This document shows, piece by piece, positions 40,591 through 54,727 of a DNA stretch of 64,000 nucleotides (position 1 is its first letter; every line of letters begins with the position of its first letter). The stretch covers positions 1 to 64,000 of the forward strand of contig NW_021835989.1 in NCBI RefSeq assembly GCF_006345805.1. Reading direction: 5' to 3'. Position numbers and translations under genes: made by a program. The notes beneath the pieces are model-generated. The model was not told the DNA's origin. It made no database searches and saw nothing but the letters and a program-made list of their open reading frames with translations. Origin of the DNA: Octopus sinensis. Its lineage: Eukaryota.

Positions 40591-42553
40591 GCCACCTCAG
40601 ATTGATAAAATTTACTTTTTGAATTAAATAAAAATTATGTCTTATATAATAAGTTAATTATTCATTAATTTCTTAATTTATTTCAACTGACCTTTTATGA
40701 AACAATTTTTTTATTTAAAAATAATGTCATTACCGTCTTGCCTATTTGCTTTCTGGGCACAACACGATGCCGGTGCGGGGGAACAGTTGATTACAAAGGA
40801 ATACATTCCTTGTTTTGCAATCCAGTGGGATCCAAAACTGCGGAATTTCTTTAAAAAATTGGGGCGATTCTGGCTAAACAAGTTTTTTATTCCGAAAAAA
40901 AATAATGCTATTATAAAAATTGTTTAAAAAGAAGTTTGAAAAAACGCTTACTGACATGAATTGATTAGTTGACTTATTCCGGAATATTTTCGATTTGTCC
41001 ACACGAATCACTATTTCGCACTAAAACTGATTATAACAATTATTTTACAAAAGTAATTGTAGGTTGAAAACACCGCATAATCGACTTAATTTTGCAAATA
41101 TTCGCTTTTGCGAAATGATATTTAAATTCATTCTTGAAAATTATTTCGATCGGAGACGGCAACTCTCAAAGCTTGTAAAAGTCCATCTAAAGAGTAAATA
41201 GCTTGGATATACTCAAGATTAATATTAAAAATTTAATTAAACCCGGTTTACAGCGCGATCCTCAGTTGTTGTGAAAGTAAAGAATTTAAAACTTTAACGT
41301 TTTTAAAACTATCATGAAAACTTTTTTAATTAAAAAAAATTTTAGAGATAAAAAATAAGTTTTGGAGCTATTCTTTGCGTATTCAACTTAGAGCCGCATT
41401 AGCCGGTAACTTTCTGCGAAAAATGTCTTTGCTGTCTTCGTCAGAATGCGTGTTTCTTGACATTCCTCAAATTTCTCAATTCTATTTAATCCAAGTGGCT
41501 ATGAATTAATGTGTTGAAATAAGAGTGGATACTTTTGTCAAAATAATAGAACATAAAAAACTTCTGGAAATAATTTATAACAAATTTGGCACTGAAGAAG
41601 ACTTTAGAGAACATGAAAAAGGATGAACGAACTCAGGCTGTGGGATGTAAATTCCGGAAACCTTAACATAATGCTTAATTGTTTTTATTTCATAAAAATT
41701 TATTTTAAATTTCGGACTAGAAACAATCTCTATAGTCACACTAATTATTGATGGCCACCTATCAAAAATGGATTAATAACGTTATATTTTTGAGTGAATT
41801 GACACTCATACTCAATAAAATGTGACTGTTAAAAATGAATAATGATTACAAACATTTATTCCAATTTTGAAACTATTTTTGATGGTTTTCGGAATTTAGA
41901 CATAAACAAAATATCACGAGCGATATCCGTTGAAAAAGTCAGCTCGTTTTGCGACTGTCGTGATTCCTCAATATGATTAAACCAATCTCTGAAATTAGAA
42001 AATCACTTCTATTTACAAAAAAACTACAAATTTATATTAAAATTTTTTAAAAGAACTTTTAAGAAATCAAACGCCAACGTTACTTTTTACCAAACATAAC
42101 CCTAACGTTTCCCAAACTTTAATTTTAAAAACCAATCAGATTTAAAATTTGCATTGATAACAAAAAATGTAAATCAAATGTCAATTAAGCTTTTTCAGCC
42201 TCGAAATATGTACGAAAAAATGCTCGGATAACATCCAAATTGATAACGTGACCCAATTATTGAAGAAATCTATTTTTTACTGGATTGATTGAATCTGTTT
42301 TTTTAAAAAAATAAAATTCAAACCTTTAAACTTGACTCTGAATCCAGAGAGCTCATGCTCTCCCGAAAACATGTTTTATCGAATAATTCATGCATGGCGG
42401 TATAATTAAATTCCTTTCCATTGTTCAGAATGACCCTATAAATTGACACTTAGTGGAATAGATTTATCTATATAGTAAAGGACTCGCTGGAATAGATTTC
42501 TTACTTCTTCGGCTGTCTTCGTTTTTGCCATTTCCACAACAGAATATTAAATA

Positions 42554-44634
42554 CAGTGAATACTCCCAAATTGGCCATTTTTGGTTCCGTCATTTTTTGC
42601 AACGAATTTGAGAAATGGCGAATTTCAGAATATAATCAATAATTTTTGAATGTGAGTAGAACTGTTTAATAATTCGAAAATAGCCAAAATTGACGTAATT
42701 GAAAAAATTAATTTTATTTTAACAAAGAATTAGGCTTTTCTATTAAAGTAATATTCCAGTCCCATTTGTTGTCTCTTTATATTTTGATTTTTTTCCTCGA
42801 ATCTTCGAATTGAAGTAATTAGGCACACATCTTCTTCGTTTTCGACAATTTCGATTAGTGACTTCTCAATTTCTCTTAATTTTACACCAATCTTTTTTCT
42901 AGTGAGATGAACTATTGTCTGTTCATCTGAAAGAAAATTTTTATCTGAAGATTGTTCTTCGGGATCTTCATTATCGAAATTACTTTCTTCGTTAATTGCA
43001 TTTTCTTCTAAATAATCTATAGAAATGAATTCTTCAATTTGAATAGGATCATAAATATCTGTTTTAATTATCAATTCATCAATCTTTCCTTTCTGAAAAA
43101 GCTTGGCCGCATGATCTCCCATAAACAGGGAGACCCACGCGAGTCCAAGTGGCTTCTCAAAAGGATTTCCTTGGCTATAGTACGTGGAAACTGTGTTTCC
43201 ATTTACAAAGCCGGGAATTTAGTTAGTTAATAACTATTTATCAATATTAGTTTAGTGATGGGTGAAAAAAAATTCATCAATTAAATTTTTATCTGTAGAT
43301 TGTTTATCAAAATCTATTTTTTTCAGTTTTTTGAAGCAATTTTCAATAGTTTTCGAGCATACGTCTTCCAAGTCATTTTTATAAAAAAACAGTGTCCTTA
43401 AGATTTAAATGTTTATAGGATTCATAAACCGAAACTTTGTCTGTTTCCAAAATTTTAGTGAGATAAAACAATTTGTGCCTATTAAATTGCACTTTAAATG
43501 TTTTGATAATTCCCAAGTCCATTGGTTGAATTATTCCTGTTACATTTTTAGGAAAGAACATAATTTTTATATTTTCAAGATGACAAGGTATACAATGAGA
43601 AGGACAATTATCGATCAAAAGCAAAATTGACTTTTTTTCCTTCTTCAAAAAGTTGTCAAAATTAATCAGCCATTTACTAAAAATTTGGCCCGTCATCCAA
43701 GCCCTTTTTGAACTGTAATATGAAACAGAGCATTGATAGTCGTAATTTTTGAAACATCTTGGAATCTTTGATTTTCCAATTAATACAGGCTTTAGTTTGT
43801 GATTCCCAGACATATTTGCACACAACATTACAGATACCCAATCTTTAAAATCTTTATATCCTCCAAACTGAGTCTTGCAAATACTTTTAGATAGAATTAG
43901 TTTGTAGAAAATTCCTGTTTCATCAAGGTTATATAGGACTTGGATAAATTTTGAAATTCATTTAAAAATCCTTCGATGTCAACTTTTTTATCAGTTTTCA
44001 TCTGCCCATGCAATTTTCTCAGACGAAATTCATGTCTTTTTTTAAACTTGAACAAGAATCCGGCAGAGTCCTTAAATTTATCGAGAGAAAGATCTCGAGC
44101 AAACATTTAGGCCTTGCTAGATATTAAGGCATCATTTAGTAATGCACCTTAAAACTTTAAAATATTAAAAATACCTTTCGATTCCATAAGATCCATCCAC
44201 TCGACGAGCTTTTCATCAAGTTCCGGATATTTCAGCTGTTTTAAAGTTTTTGTAGAGGAATTGACGCTTTTATATTGTCCGAAAATCCTTTCACGCATCT
44301 TCGAAATATCGTTGATTGTCCTCCCCGAAATCTTTACTTTAAACAAATGAGAAAATCAATCAGCAATTCGCTGACAGGATAATTGTTTATTTTCATCCTT
44401 ATATCGCAAAATTTCAATTTTTTGTTGTATTGTAAGTCGCGTGTAACTAGTACTAAACCCACGTTGCGCCATGTCTTTTTAAAATGTATTATTTATCAAT
44501 ATTTTTTGTATTTTTTATTTAAAAATTTTTAAAAATTCTGGCGAATTTCAGAATTGGCAAATTTCCATTGAAACTAGAATTTTTTTTTAAAAGAAGGCGA
44601 ATCTAAAAATTGGCGAATTTGGGGATATTCACTG
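42554..44634 (-). mobile_element. pogo/Tigger-family DNA transposon, degenerate, with a 27-nt intron
   Basis: TA-flanked TIRs CAGTGAATACTCCCAAATT / CAGTGAATATCCCCAAATT. CENP-B-type HTH (YPELDEKLVEW, FKFKKRH); DDE_1 segment IDNCPSH...QPMD (30 residues between the Ds); stops and frameshifts. Confidence 0.92.
43084..43270 (+). mobile_element. CRE-like REL element 3' end inserted in the pogo transposase
   Basis: FLKKLGRMISHKQGDPRESKWLLKRISLAIVRGN, A-tail, and 11-bp TSD aattcatcaat (43073-43083 / 43271-43281). Confidence 0.85.
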
Positions 44635-44767
44635 TACTATAATTATTAAAATCTAAAAAATATGAATCGAATGTAATATCCAAAAATCGTGGTCCATTAA
44701 ATAGACAGTGACATTAATTATTAGAAAATTCATATTATTTGTATTAAAAATATAATATTCAAATAAA

Positions 44768-45254
44768 ATGTCCGAGTACCCAGGGTATGTTGTTGTTACA
44801 ATATTAAAAGCAATCAAGAAAAATCAAAATTCTACGAAATGATAGATCAGCTGATTAAAGAAGAGGGAATAGAAAGTTATGAAGACTCAATCCCCAACTG
44901 TCTTCTTGAATTCGCTTATTGTTTGCCTCCCCACTTAATTCATAGCCTACACCTGTAATATTCTCGAAGAGGCTCGTGCTGTGTCCCACTATGCTGGGAA
45001 GAAGTGCATTGATGTGGAAGATGTACGATTGGGGATCACTCTGAAGAAGGAGGCTGCAGGGAAGGATGTCCCCAGTCGGGAGGTCAGGACTATGTTCTAC
45101 TAAAACATAGTCACTGGATGAATTGGCTCGCCGAGTCAATTCTGTCCCCTTACCTCCAATCAGGAGTAATTCGACTCTTCCTCCTGATAAACTGTGCGTT
45201 GTGGCTGTCAATTATAAATTGACTGGCGATTCCAATAATCAGACTTTTTTGTAG
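44768..45254 (+). CDS. TAF9: TAF9 copy C (slightly diverged)
   Basis: Same structure with a few substitutions; reading frame intact. Confidence 0.9.
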
Positions 45255-45379
45255 ATCTTTATTATTAAAAAAATATTATTTGTTTTATAAATATCTCACC
45301 ATATTTTTCAAAATTGGATTTTTTCTTTAAAAATGGTGTTTTGGACTACACAACTAAGACATAATAAAAGCCAATTAAA

Positions 45380-46479
45380 TTAAATGATGGTTTTGACTCT
45401 CTTGGCCTCTGAATTCCAATAACTGGCTCGAATACGGTCATTCAAAGCCAATTTCGTGTATAGCTAAAAAATAACACGTGCATTCGTCACCTCCACTGCC
45501 TCATCCACATTTTTCTGAGGGTCAATCCCTGCAATAGCCAATTCCTCAGCACAGTCAGCCAGACATGACCACAAATAAAAACACTTCCCAATATCTAGTC
45601 CTCTAAGGGTCTCAACTAGTCTTAAATTGTGAGAATATCCTCCAATCAGTTTTACAATTCTAAAAACGTAAATCAAAAAAATAACCCGCTTAAATAATTC
45701 CACGGACTTTCATTGTCAGGAATAATCCCAATATATTTTAGACAAAAACTAAAAGTATAAAAAAATAATAATTCAACTCAATTTCCGACTCAGTTTTGGC
45801 GGGAAATTGAATAGTTTTGGCGGGAAAAAATAGTTGAAATCTATGATTCCAAGCGGAATTATTGTGTGGGTCAGATTCGATCAATTTGTTGGTAAATTGG
45901 ACTTCTTTGATGTTATCCGCGGACATTAAATCATTTCGTTTAAGCAGCCACAAACTATCAATTCATAAAAACACAAAACCGGTATTGCCATGCATGTAGA
46001 TTTCTCGAATCTTTTAAAAATACATTTTCGCAAAATTCAAGTTCCCGCCAAAATATTGAATCGTCCTGTTGGACAAGCCATTGCCTGTGGTACCAGCTTT
46101 GGTAGTTTTTGGTATTTCCTGGGAGCATAACAGAAGTTACAAAATCTCTTTCTACAAGCAGATCTGATTTTAGTGCAATTAATACTCTTCTACGATAATT
46201 CCTGTGGATTTTATAATCTGGTTGTACCAGGCTGTGTAATTGGCGATATTCAGGCAGAGGAGATCCCCTGTGAGTTCTAAGGCTCTCGAGCTCATTTCGC
46301 CCTTGAGTGAGATGGCCCGGAAATAGCCCATTAGATCACGAACTGGGGTACATTTAGGTAATAAAACATTCAGGAGTGAAGTCTATTTGAAGAAAGTCAG
46401 TGTCTTTGGGTAGTGGGATGGGTTCTATGTCATCCCACTCGGGTCTTTTATTGTAAAAAATGTATTCGTCGTTGGTCAT
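45380..46479 (-). CDS. FNTA: FNTA copy C (slightly diverged)
   Basis: Same structure; several substitutions, many synonymous or intronic. Confidence 0.87.
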
Positions 46480-49400
46480 GCCACCTCAGATTGATAAAAT
46501 TTACTTTTTGAATTAAATAAAAATTATGTCTCATATAATAAGTTAATTATTCATTAATTTCTTTAATACGACGGGCCCTCGAGGGGGGTGGGATTTATTT
46601 CAGCTTACCTTTTATGAAACAATTTTTTTATTTAAAAATAATGGCATTACCGTCTTGCCTATTTCTTTCTGGGGACAACACGATGCCGGTGCGGGGGAAT
46701 GGGATTTCCATCACAACTGGAACACATTGGGCTGGACCGAGGAGATGACATAAGGCCCGATGGAACAACTCTTTTCTCGTATTTATGGGGAAAATTTTCC
46801 AATTACGTGATTTTCCGGAATATTGATTCTCTCGGTTGGGGTGCTAATGCAGCAGAAAAGGTCAAGATATCTAAATATTCGGGGATTGGAAAACTTTTCC
46901 GTTTTGTTTCAATCTCGATAGAGACGTCGGACATAGTGGGATCCAAAACTGCGGAATTTCTTTAAAAAATTGGGGCGATTCGGGCTAAACAAGTTTTTTA
47001 TTCCGAAAAAAATAATGCCATTATGAAAATTGTTTAAAAAGAAGTTTGAAAAAACGCTTACTGACATGAATTGATTAGTGGACTTATTCCGGAATATTTT
47101 CGATTTGTCCACACGAATCACTATTTCACACTAAAACTGATTATAACAATTATTTCACAAAAGTAATTGTAGGTTGAAAACACTGCATAATCGACTTAAT
47201 TTTACAAATATTCGCTTTTGCGAAATGATATTTGAATTCATTCTTGAAAATTATTTTGATCGGAGACGGCAACTCTCAAAGCTTGTAAAAGTCAATCTAA
47301 AGCGTAAATAGCTTGGATATAGTCAAGATTAATATTAAAAATTTAATTAAACCCGGTTTACAGCGCGATCCTCAGTTGTTGTGAAAGTAAAGAATTTAAA
47401 ACTTTAACGTTTTTAAAACTATCATGAAAACTTTTTTTATTAAAAAAATTTTAGAGATAAAAAATAAGTTTTCTTTTTTTTGATGGTAACTTGAGATGGT
47501 ATTGTAAGCAACTTTTACAAGTACTATCAGAATAGATTTGAAATAGATAATAAAGCCTATATTCGTAGTACTGTGATAAGGAAAATCCTGGAAAGTATGA
47601 GAATTGAATACAGGAACTTGTGAATTGACACAAATAACTGTCAACAGTTGAAATCAACAATTTTACTATCGTAAAAAATGCTTTAAAAGAAGACAATACA
47701 AGAAAAATAATGTGAAATTAACAAGTAGGCAAAAAAGACTCTCCATTTAAAATCGATGCAAGATCTTTTTACAAGGAGAGATCTTTTCTTCTTTTTATAA
47801 TTGTTTTTTAATTTCAGATTAGACAACTATCTTGAAAATTTTTTTTGCCACACTACTTTTATAATAGGACAAGAGAAAAATGGTCATTGGCAGATAGCCA
47901 GAGTATTGCCTCTGACTATGGCTATAGATATTCTTTCGATTAAATACCGGTGCTCACACGGGTCGCCGGTAACCCTTTCGATTAATGAGGCAATGTGCTG
48001 GAGTAGGGTCCGAGTAGAAGGCCCCTGTATTCCTGACGTCTCAACAGCCAGGGGGACAAACACTCTGCTATTCCCAATTCCAGCGTATTTCTCACTCTTT
48101 CTCTTCTCAGTCCGTTCAAACGGGGCTCCCGGATTTTCGATACACAACTTGATATTCTGATTAAAAAGGAGTTTACGCACGTGACGTCCCAAACCAGACA
48201 CTTTCCCCTCTGAAATGGAAATGTGGTCATCTCATCGGGTCTTCTGCCGTCCTCTACGAAAATCCCTGCAAGTTCCAATTGTGTGTGGAATGCAGCAGTT
48301 CGGAGAGATCGACAGATGATCTGGTTAATATACGTTGTGAATTATTCATATAAATAAAATCATCGCATTATTTAGACAAGTTAAATTATACAATGACAAA
48401 GATAAACAAAATAAAACTTCTTAAATGAAAAATTCCGAGTCATATATCATTTGGAAAGGCGATGAAGAAACTTCAGAATGATTAAAAAAATCAGGCCTTC
48501 AACTTGATCCCAAAAATGAAATTACAATGGCAGTCTTGCAACAGCTGCTAAAAAATAAATCATTTTTGATTTTTTCACTTTTTCTAGTTTTTTTGTTTTT
48601 TCTTTCAAATCAAATTGGTAAATAATGTTAAAATTTTGTTTGAAGAAAGGCAATAATGTCTTAATCAGAGTTGGCTATTTAAAGGCCATCTTTGGAGCTA
48701 TTCTTTGTGTATTCAGCTCAGAGCCGCAGTAGCCAGTAACTTTCTGCGGAAAATGTCTTTGCTATCTTTGTCAGAGAGCATGTTTCTTCACATTCCTAAA
48801 GTTTCGCCAACTCTAGCGTCCTTGCGTTTTTTCTGAGTGAATTCGGTTTTAAAAATGTTGATTATGAGGAACCATTTATTAAGTGCTTTCGGAAAATTGT
48901 TTAAAAGATCGATTAAATCATCTTTGTTATCAAAAGTTAAGTCAAAATCGTCATCGTAGAAAATTCTCAAATCTTTCAAAGTGGCTTCCAGGTAGATGAC
49001 AAACAGCAGAGAGAGTCTTTTTGGGATGTGCCGACATTCGTTCCGAACCGCCTTGAAAAAGACGATCCAACATAAAAAAGATAATTCCATTTTAGCTAGC
49101 TGTACTTGTATCATTCTCGTTTCCCATTTATCCAGAAATCTTTGTAGCAATCCGATGAGTGTCTTGGCTAGCACCTAGTAAAAGGAATCAAATTCGTCAG
49201 AACTCTTGGCAATCCTGCCTCTTGATTTTTAGTAAACGATGTTTGATTTTTAGTAAAAACTGTTTGGCAATTAAATAAAACAGCTATAAATTAACCTCAG
49301 GGTTAATTTGCGTAGACAAGTCCAGTTTTCATAAATATCTTATTTCAAAAAAACTGAATCGAGCTTTTATTTACAGAAAAAATTAGAATTATAAATTCAC

Positions 49401-51528
49401 TTTTATAGGATAATTACGTCATGATTTGAGGAAATACGTTTCTCTTTAACGGTTGACTATTTCGTTAAGCATATTGGGGCAATCTACAATTTCCATGACC
49501 GCCTACTTGAAAGAATTGATATCCATTAATTAAAAATGTTTTTGATAAAAGGCGACTATAATTGCGGCGGTGACCAGTCCGGATTGTCTGACTATGAACA
49601 AAACCATAATATTCTGTTTTGTTCAAAAAATTTTTAATCTATAAGGTGTTGTTTTGAATCCATTAATTAGGTTCTTAACTGTAAAATATCTGATCTACAA
49701 ATCATTTTCTACTCATTGATTATTTGATTAAGACGAAATTTAATCTTCCTAAGATATGCAGCAATTATGTGGGCTAAACAAAAAAAACAACCCATATGCG
49801 AACAATCACAGAATTCGGGCACAGTGAATATGCAATAAAGATACTGTAGTAAATTAAAAAATTACTTCGTAACTTGCAGATTGCGTCTTATCTACATTCC
49901 ATTGAAGCTGTATTTGTTGTTGGAAAATTATATGTTTAATCTAACATTTTCAACACGTCTCTCAAAAAAATGATTTTTGAAAAAGAAAATTTTATTTAAC
50001 AGTTTGAATTATTTAAGTTATGGTTTTTAAAAGTGGTATAAACCTACTTTTTTTTCTCTATAGAAATTCAAAACTCAAGACTCTGTTCATTTATAAATAA
50101 TTCATGTTAAGCTGAAATCAACTTTTAGATCAATTAAGAGAATTTTCTTTTAATTTTTAATTGGTTTATTTTTAATGGGTATCTAAAGTCTAACTGCGTT
50201 TGAACCCTAGATGGAACAAGTAATGTATTTTTATGAAATAGGCATGCCACGATGCACTGAAAAATACTATCAAACCAGGGGGGAAATGAAAAAGATTAAA
50301 AATGATAAAAACTACATATAGAGTGGTAATTCTGTTTTCCAAATAAAAGATTTTAACACAAATTCAGCACGCCCCACAGTGCCGCTATACGACGAGGTAA
50401 ATACGAAAATATATAAAGTTGTTTATAATAATTGGGATAACTATAAAGTTGAAAATGAGGAGTGGAATTTGTCAAAAAACATTTTTTATTATCAAACAAA
50501 TTATAAAAACTTTCTTTTGTCATTTAAATGATTAGGGTTTAGAGTTAATCCATTCCTAGGGAATAAAATTAAAAGAATTTCTAGCTGACAAAGACAATTT
50601 CAATAATAGGTTGTTTGCTACCTATAACTTGTCATAAAAATCAATAAATTAAAAAATAAATTCTAGTCGAGATAGTACTTAAAGAATATCATTTAGGTCT
50701 AATATTATTTTAACCTATTTAATTACTATTGTAAATAAAAAATTTCTGTAAATGTAAAAGTTGCTAAAAATCGGCTTATTTTTGTATTGAAATACACAAA
50801 AATATATTGTTTTCCTAAAATTATCTTTTGATTGATAATTAGATAAATTTTAATTTTTATATTGATTTTAATATTGTGGAATAGGTTACTTTGCGCTTTA
50901 ATTAAATGATTTAATATAAAAATGAACCACGAATCAATCAATTTCCTTAATTTCATGTAATTAAAACTACATGAAAAACGTTTGTTTCTAAAGTGATGGA
51001 ATCTATTTATAATTTCTGCATAAATAGTTTCGATCCCAACACAATTTTGACAATTTGTACGATCAACCGAAATTGGTGGTTATTTCAACTTGTCGCAGAT
51101 AATTTAAATCACTAAATAGTCACATAAATACCAAAAAATGGCAGCTCTGCATACCAGCATCCAAAGCCACAGCGCTCAAGCGCATATAATCGTGAAATAT
51201 TGATTTAACGGCGAATACGCTACTTTCTCGTTGATATATGAATACATTATATTACAGAGATACATACGCTGTTTGGTAGTTTGTTTATCCTTGTTTGTAT
51301 GTACACAATGAGTTATGGGTTTATGTTAGTTAGTCTACGCGGATGCATTGTGTTTGAGTGAGGGATTATAATTGCTATATATGACGATATGTTGTATTAA
51401 TATATAATGGCTACGCTTTGGTGCTGGCAAATAAACAGTAATTAGGTCGAGTAATTCAGGAATGATATTGTATTTACGGATTAAACACTAATTAATGAAT
51501 ATTCTCATTCTTTTTTTAGGTATACAAC

Positions 51529-52292
51529 ATGGACAATCACAACTCCAAGAGAAATAAAGATTCTAAATGTCGCTCAAATTGTGATTCAGAAAAACCAAGT
51601 AAACTTAAAACCAATCGCTCTAATTCCAATTTTATCAGTCGAGATAAACCTGATTCTATGGACGAATCTCCTGTAGCTGCTAATGAAAATCAAAAAACAC
51701 CAAAAAATTCGAAATTCAGTGTCACTGATCTTGTCAATGAATCTGAACAAATTTTCCACAATTTTTCATTGTCAAAGATCATAAAATTATATCTTAAAGA
51801 CAAAACTGTTCTTAATGATATTTCCTCCTATGTGACAAAGCTCGAACAAAGTCAAATTGATCACGTGCTTACCGAAATGAAGCCTTTGAAGTTGCCGCCT
51901 GATACTTCCTTCAAAGATTTAGAAAATAAAAAAGAATTTAACTCTCTCGAGTATTCTCCGAATGCATTTCCTCATATTGCTTATGCTCTGGAATGCCCTC
52001 TGATAAACGGTGACCAGATTTATGAGTATCAAGTCGAAACCAATGCCGTCTGGTTCATCAGAATTCTCGAAATAGAATATCCGCTGATCAAAGCTCAGTT
52101 TTTAGGGGACAAAAAACTTTTTCCATCAAAATTGACTCATCGAAAATCAAACAACTTTACCACGGAGGAGAAAACGGCCTACTTTATCGATATCCTCCGT
52201 TCATGGATGGCAAAAACATGCAAGAAGAGATTGCACGAACTTTGACGAATTGTTATTCGTTTAAAGATGAATTCCTTATAAAAGTATTTCTC
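51529..52292 (+). pseudogene. SFMBT: SFMBT-like copy C, truncated in its first intron
   Basis: Matches 26791-27555. A7 to A6 frameshift at ~52111, then breaks at gtatttctct into LINE and pogo sequence. Confidence 0.85.
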
Positions 52293-52539
52293 TGAGGCTC
52301 ACAATCGACGCAAACTCGAGATACCATTTGCATTTCAAACGGAGAAAAGGGAAAGCCATCGCCGCTCTCCGACTTCTAAGAGGCATGCACTTGAATCCAA
52401 ATACCTTCCTATTTGTATACCATGCAACAATCTTGCCCAGCCTACTGTATGGTATGGAAGCTTGGTTCTACTCGAAACAATATGAGAAAATTCTGCAAAA
52501 ATGCGAAAAAATACGGAGATACGCTCTAAAACTAGCCTA
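52293..52539 (+). mobile_element. LINE RT C-terminal fragment
   Basis: GKAIAALRLLRG...VYHATILPSLLYGMEAWFYS. Same family as 3400-3990 and 7400-8400. Cut at a TA by the pogo element. Confidence 0.75.
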
Positions 52540-54279
52540 CAGTCCGACCCCCAAATGGGGCACCAAGTGCCCCAAAATGCGGGGGTGCCCCAAAAACAGG
52601 GGTTTGTTATTTTTTTAAAAATTAAACCATTAATAAACATCAAAAAACATTTTTACTAAAATATTCAGTTATTTTCTTTTTATTTGTAGAGTTTTGTCTG
52701 ATATTGTTCGTCAATTTCAGCCGAAAATCAAAAAAATCTCGGAGCATACTTGGTGCAACATTAGAAATTTTTTCTTCTAAATTGTTAAGCAGATCTTTTG
52801 TTTTTGCTACGACATTTTCACTATTTTCGGTTTCTGAATATGTATCATAAACATTATTGTTCATGTCTTCGCATTCTCCATCAATTGTTTCGTTAACAAC
52901 TTGATCTAAATGTTCATCTGTTAGACAGTTTTTTGTTGCATAAGAATCACGGTTCCTGTCGATTTTCTTCCAACAATTAACAATACTTTTAGCATCTATT
53001 TTCTCCCATCCTTTTGAAATTAGCATCATAACCTGACGCAAATTTAATTTACCAATAGAATGTGTAAATCGTTTTCGAAATCTTGAAAACATAAAAATTC
53101 CATTAAGAAAGAGGAATAATAATCTTTAAAAATCTTGATTATTCCCATATCCAAAGGTTGTAAATAGGGCGTTGTATTTTTCGGCAAAAATAAAAATTCG
53201 ATGTTCGAACATTCGGCAGTTTTATGGCATCCCGCATTGTCAAGTATTAATAATATTTTTCTGTTGTTTTTGCAAAACGATTCATTTATAAGTGTAAGCC
53301 AACTCATAAAAGTCTTTCCAGTCATCCATGCATTTTGAGAAGATGAATACAATAACCCAAAATCTTGAACATCAAAATTTTTTAGACACCGAGGTTTTTT
53401 ATATTTTCCAATAATCAATGGATTAAGTTTTTCCCCGATTAAACTGCAGCATAGAAGAACAGTGAGTCTTTCTTTCCCTTGTTTATAACCAAAACACGGT
53501 TCGCCTTGTTCAACAAATGATTTTTGAGGAGTTCTTTTTATAAAAAGCGCAGTTTCATCACAATTAAATATATTCTCAGGTCCATATTTTAATACTTTCT
53601 GGTCATATTTTTCAAAATAATTTTTCACATAAGATAAATCACATGAAGCTTTTTCACCACATATTGACTTGAATTGAAGTTCATGCCGCAATTTAAATCT
53701 ATCAAGCCACCCATTGGAAGCTTTAAAAGAAGTAAATCCAATTTTTGAAGCTGTAACTAAGGCAATTTTTTTCAAAATAGGGCCTGAAATCGGAATTTTA
53801 TCTACGCGTAGTCTTTGAAATATTTCAAAGACTTGATCATCAAATTTATCTTTATCGGCTTTAAATGTGTCATATTCCTCAGAAATAGTATTGCCGTGTT
53901 GCAAGAAAGGTACAATATTTCGTTTTATTCTTGATATTGTTCCTTTACTTGTGTTGTACTTTTCATTAGTTGCCTCTCAGATAAATTTTTCTTCAAAATT
54001 TCTTTAGCAATCTTCAATTTAGTTTCGTAATCCATAACCACAACAATAAAAATATAAATTGAAAATAAAACAAAAAATAATTAATTTATTATAATTTTAT
54101 TTTATTTTTAATTCCTTATAAATGATTTTATGGTGCCCCAAAAATTCCATAATTTTTTATCGATTTTTATTTTTTTTGCCAAAATGTACTTTTGGAATAA
54201 AGTGCCCCAAATTGCGGGGGTGCCCCAAAATCCGAGGGTGCCCCACCCCTGGGGTCTGCCCCATTTTGGGGTCGGACTG
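52540..54279 (-). mobile_element. pogo/Tigger-family DNA transposon, near full length with two frameshifts
   Basis: TA-flanked TIRs CAGTCCGACCCC.AAATGGGGCA; subterminal gtgccccaaaa repeats. Transposase FKASNGWLDRFKLRH, NCDET, ILDNA, QPLD (29 residues between the last two Ds). Confidence 0.95.
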
Positions 54280-54727
54280 TATATTTTTGAAGCCTTTTTG
54301 TCAACTGCGTGTACTAAAAATGCCTGATACGGGATCAGACCGCAGACATTTATTATCTCTAAAAGTAATCTTTTAGATATGAACTAATAAGAATTAAGCT
54401 ATTCGTAACAAATGACTTTTACAATACAGACTATCATTCTGTAATGGTGAATCCAATGTTATATTTAAAGATTAAAAATATGTCCTTATTGATGAATTCT
54501 TTAAATTTTTATTCTCAGATTTTTGGTCATATAAACTAGTTTTTGTTATATTCGTTAAAAATTAATTCTGATTATTTCAAGGCAGTTAACCAATTTATAT
54601 TCTTTGTTTCCAAACATTCCTGGCAATTAATTACTGAAGAGAAATCCCGTTATTCGTTACTATTCGATATCTGTTAAGACTTCCTTAATTAGCGAATTAT
54701 TCTAATTAAATTTAGTTGACACAATTA

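Noticed and set aside
52540-54279. gtgccccaaaa repeats as a CRISPR-like array
   Set aside because: They are subterminal repeats of the pogo element; no regular unique spacers and no cas genes.
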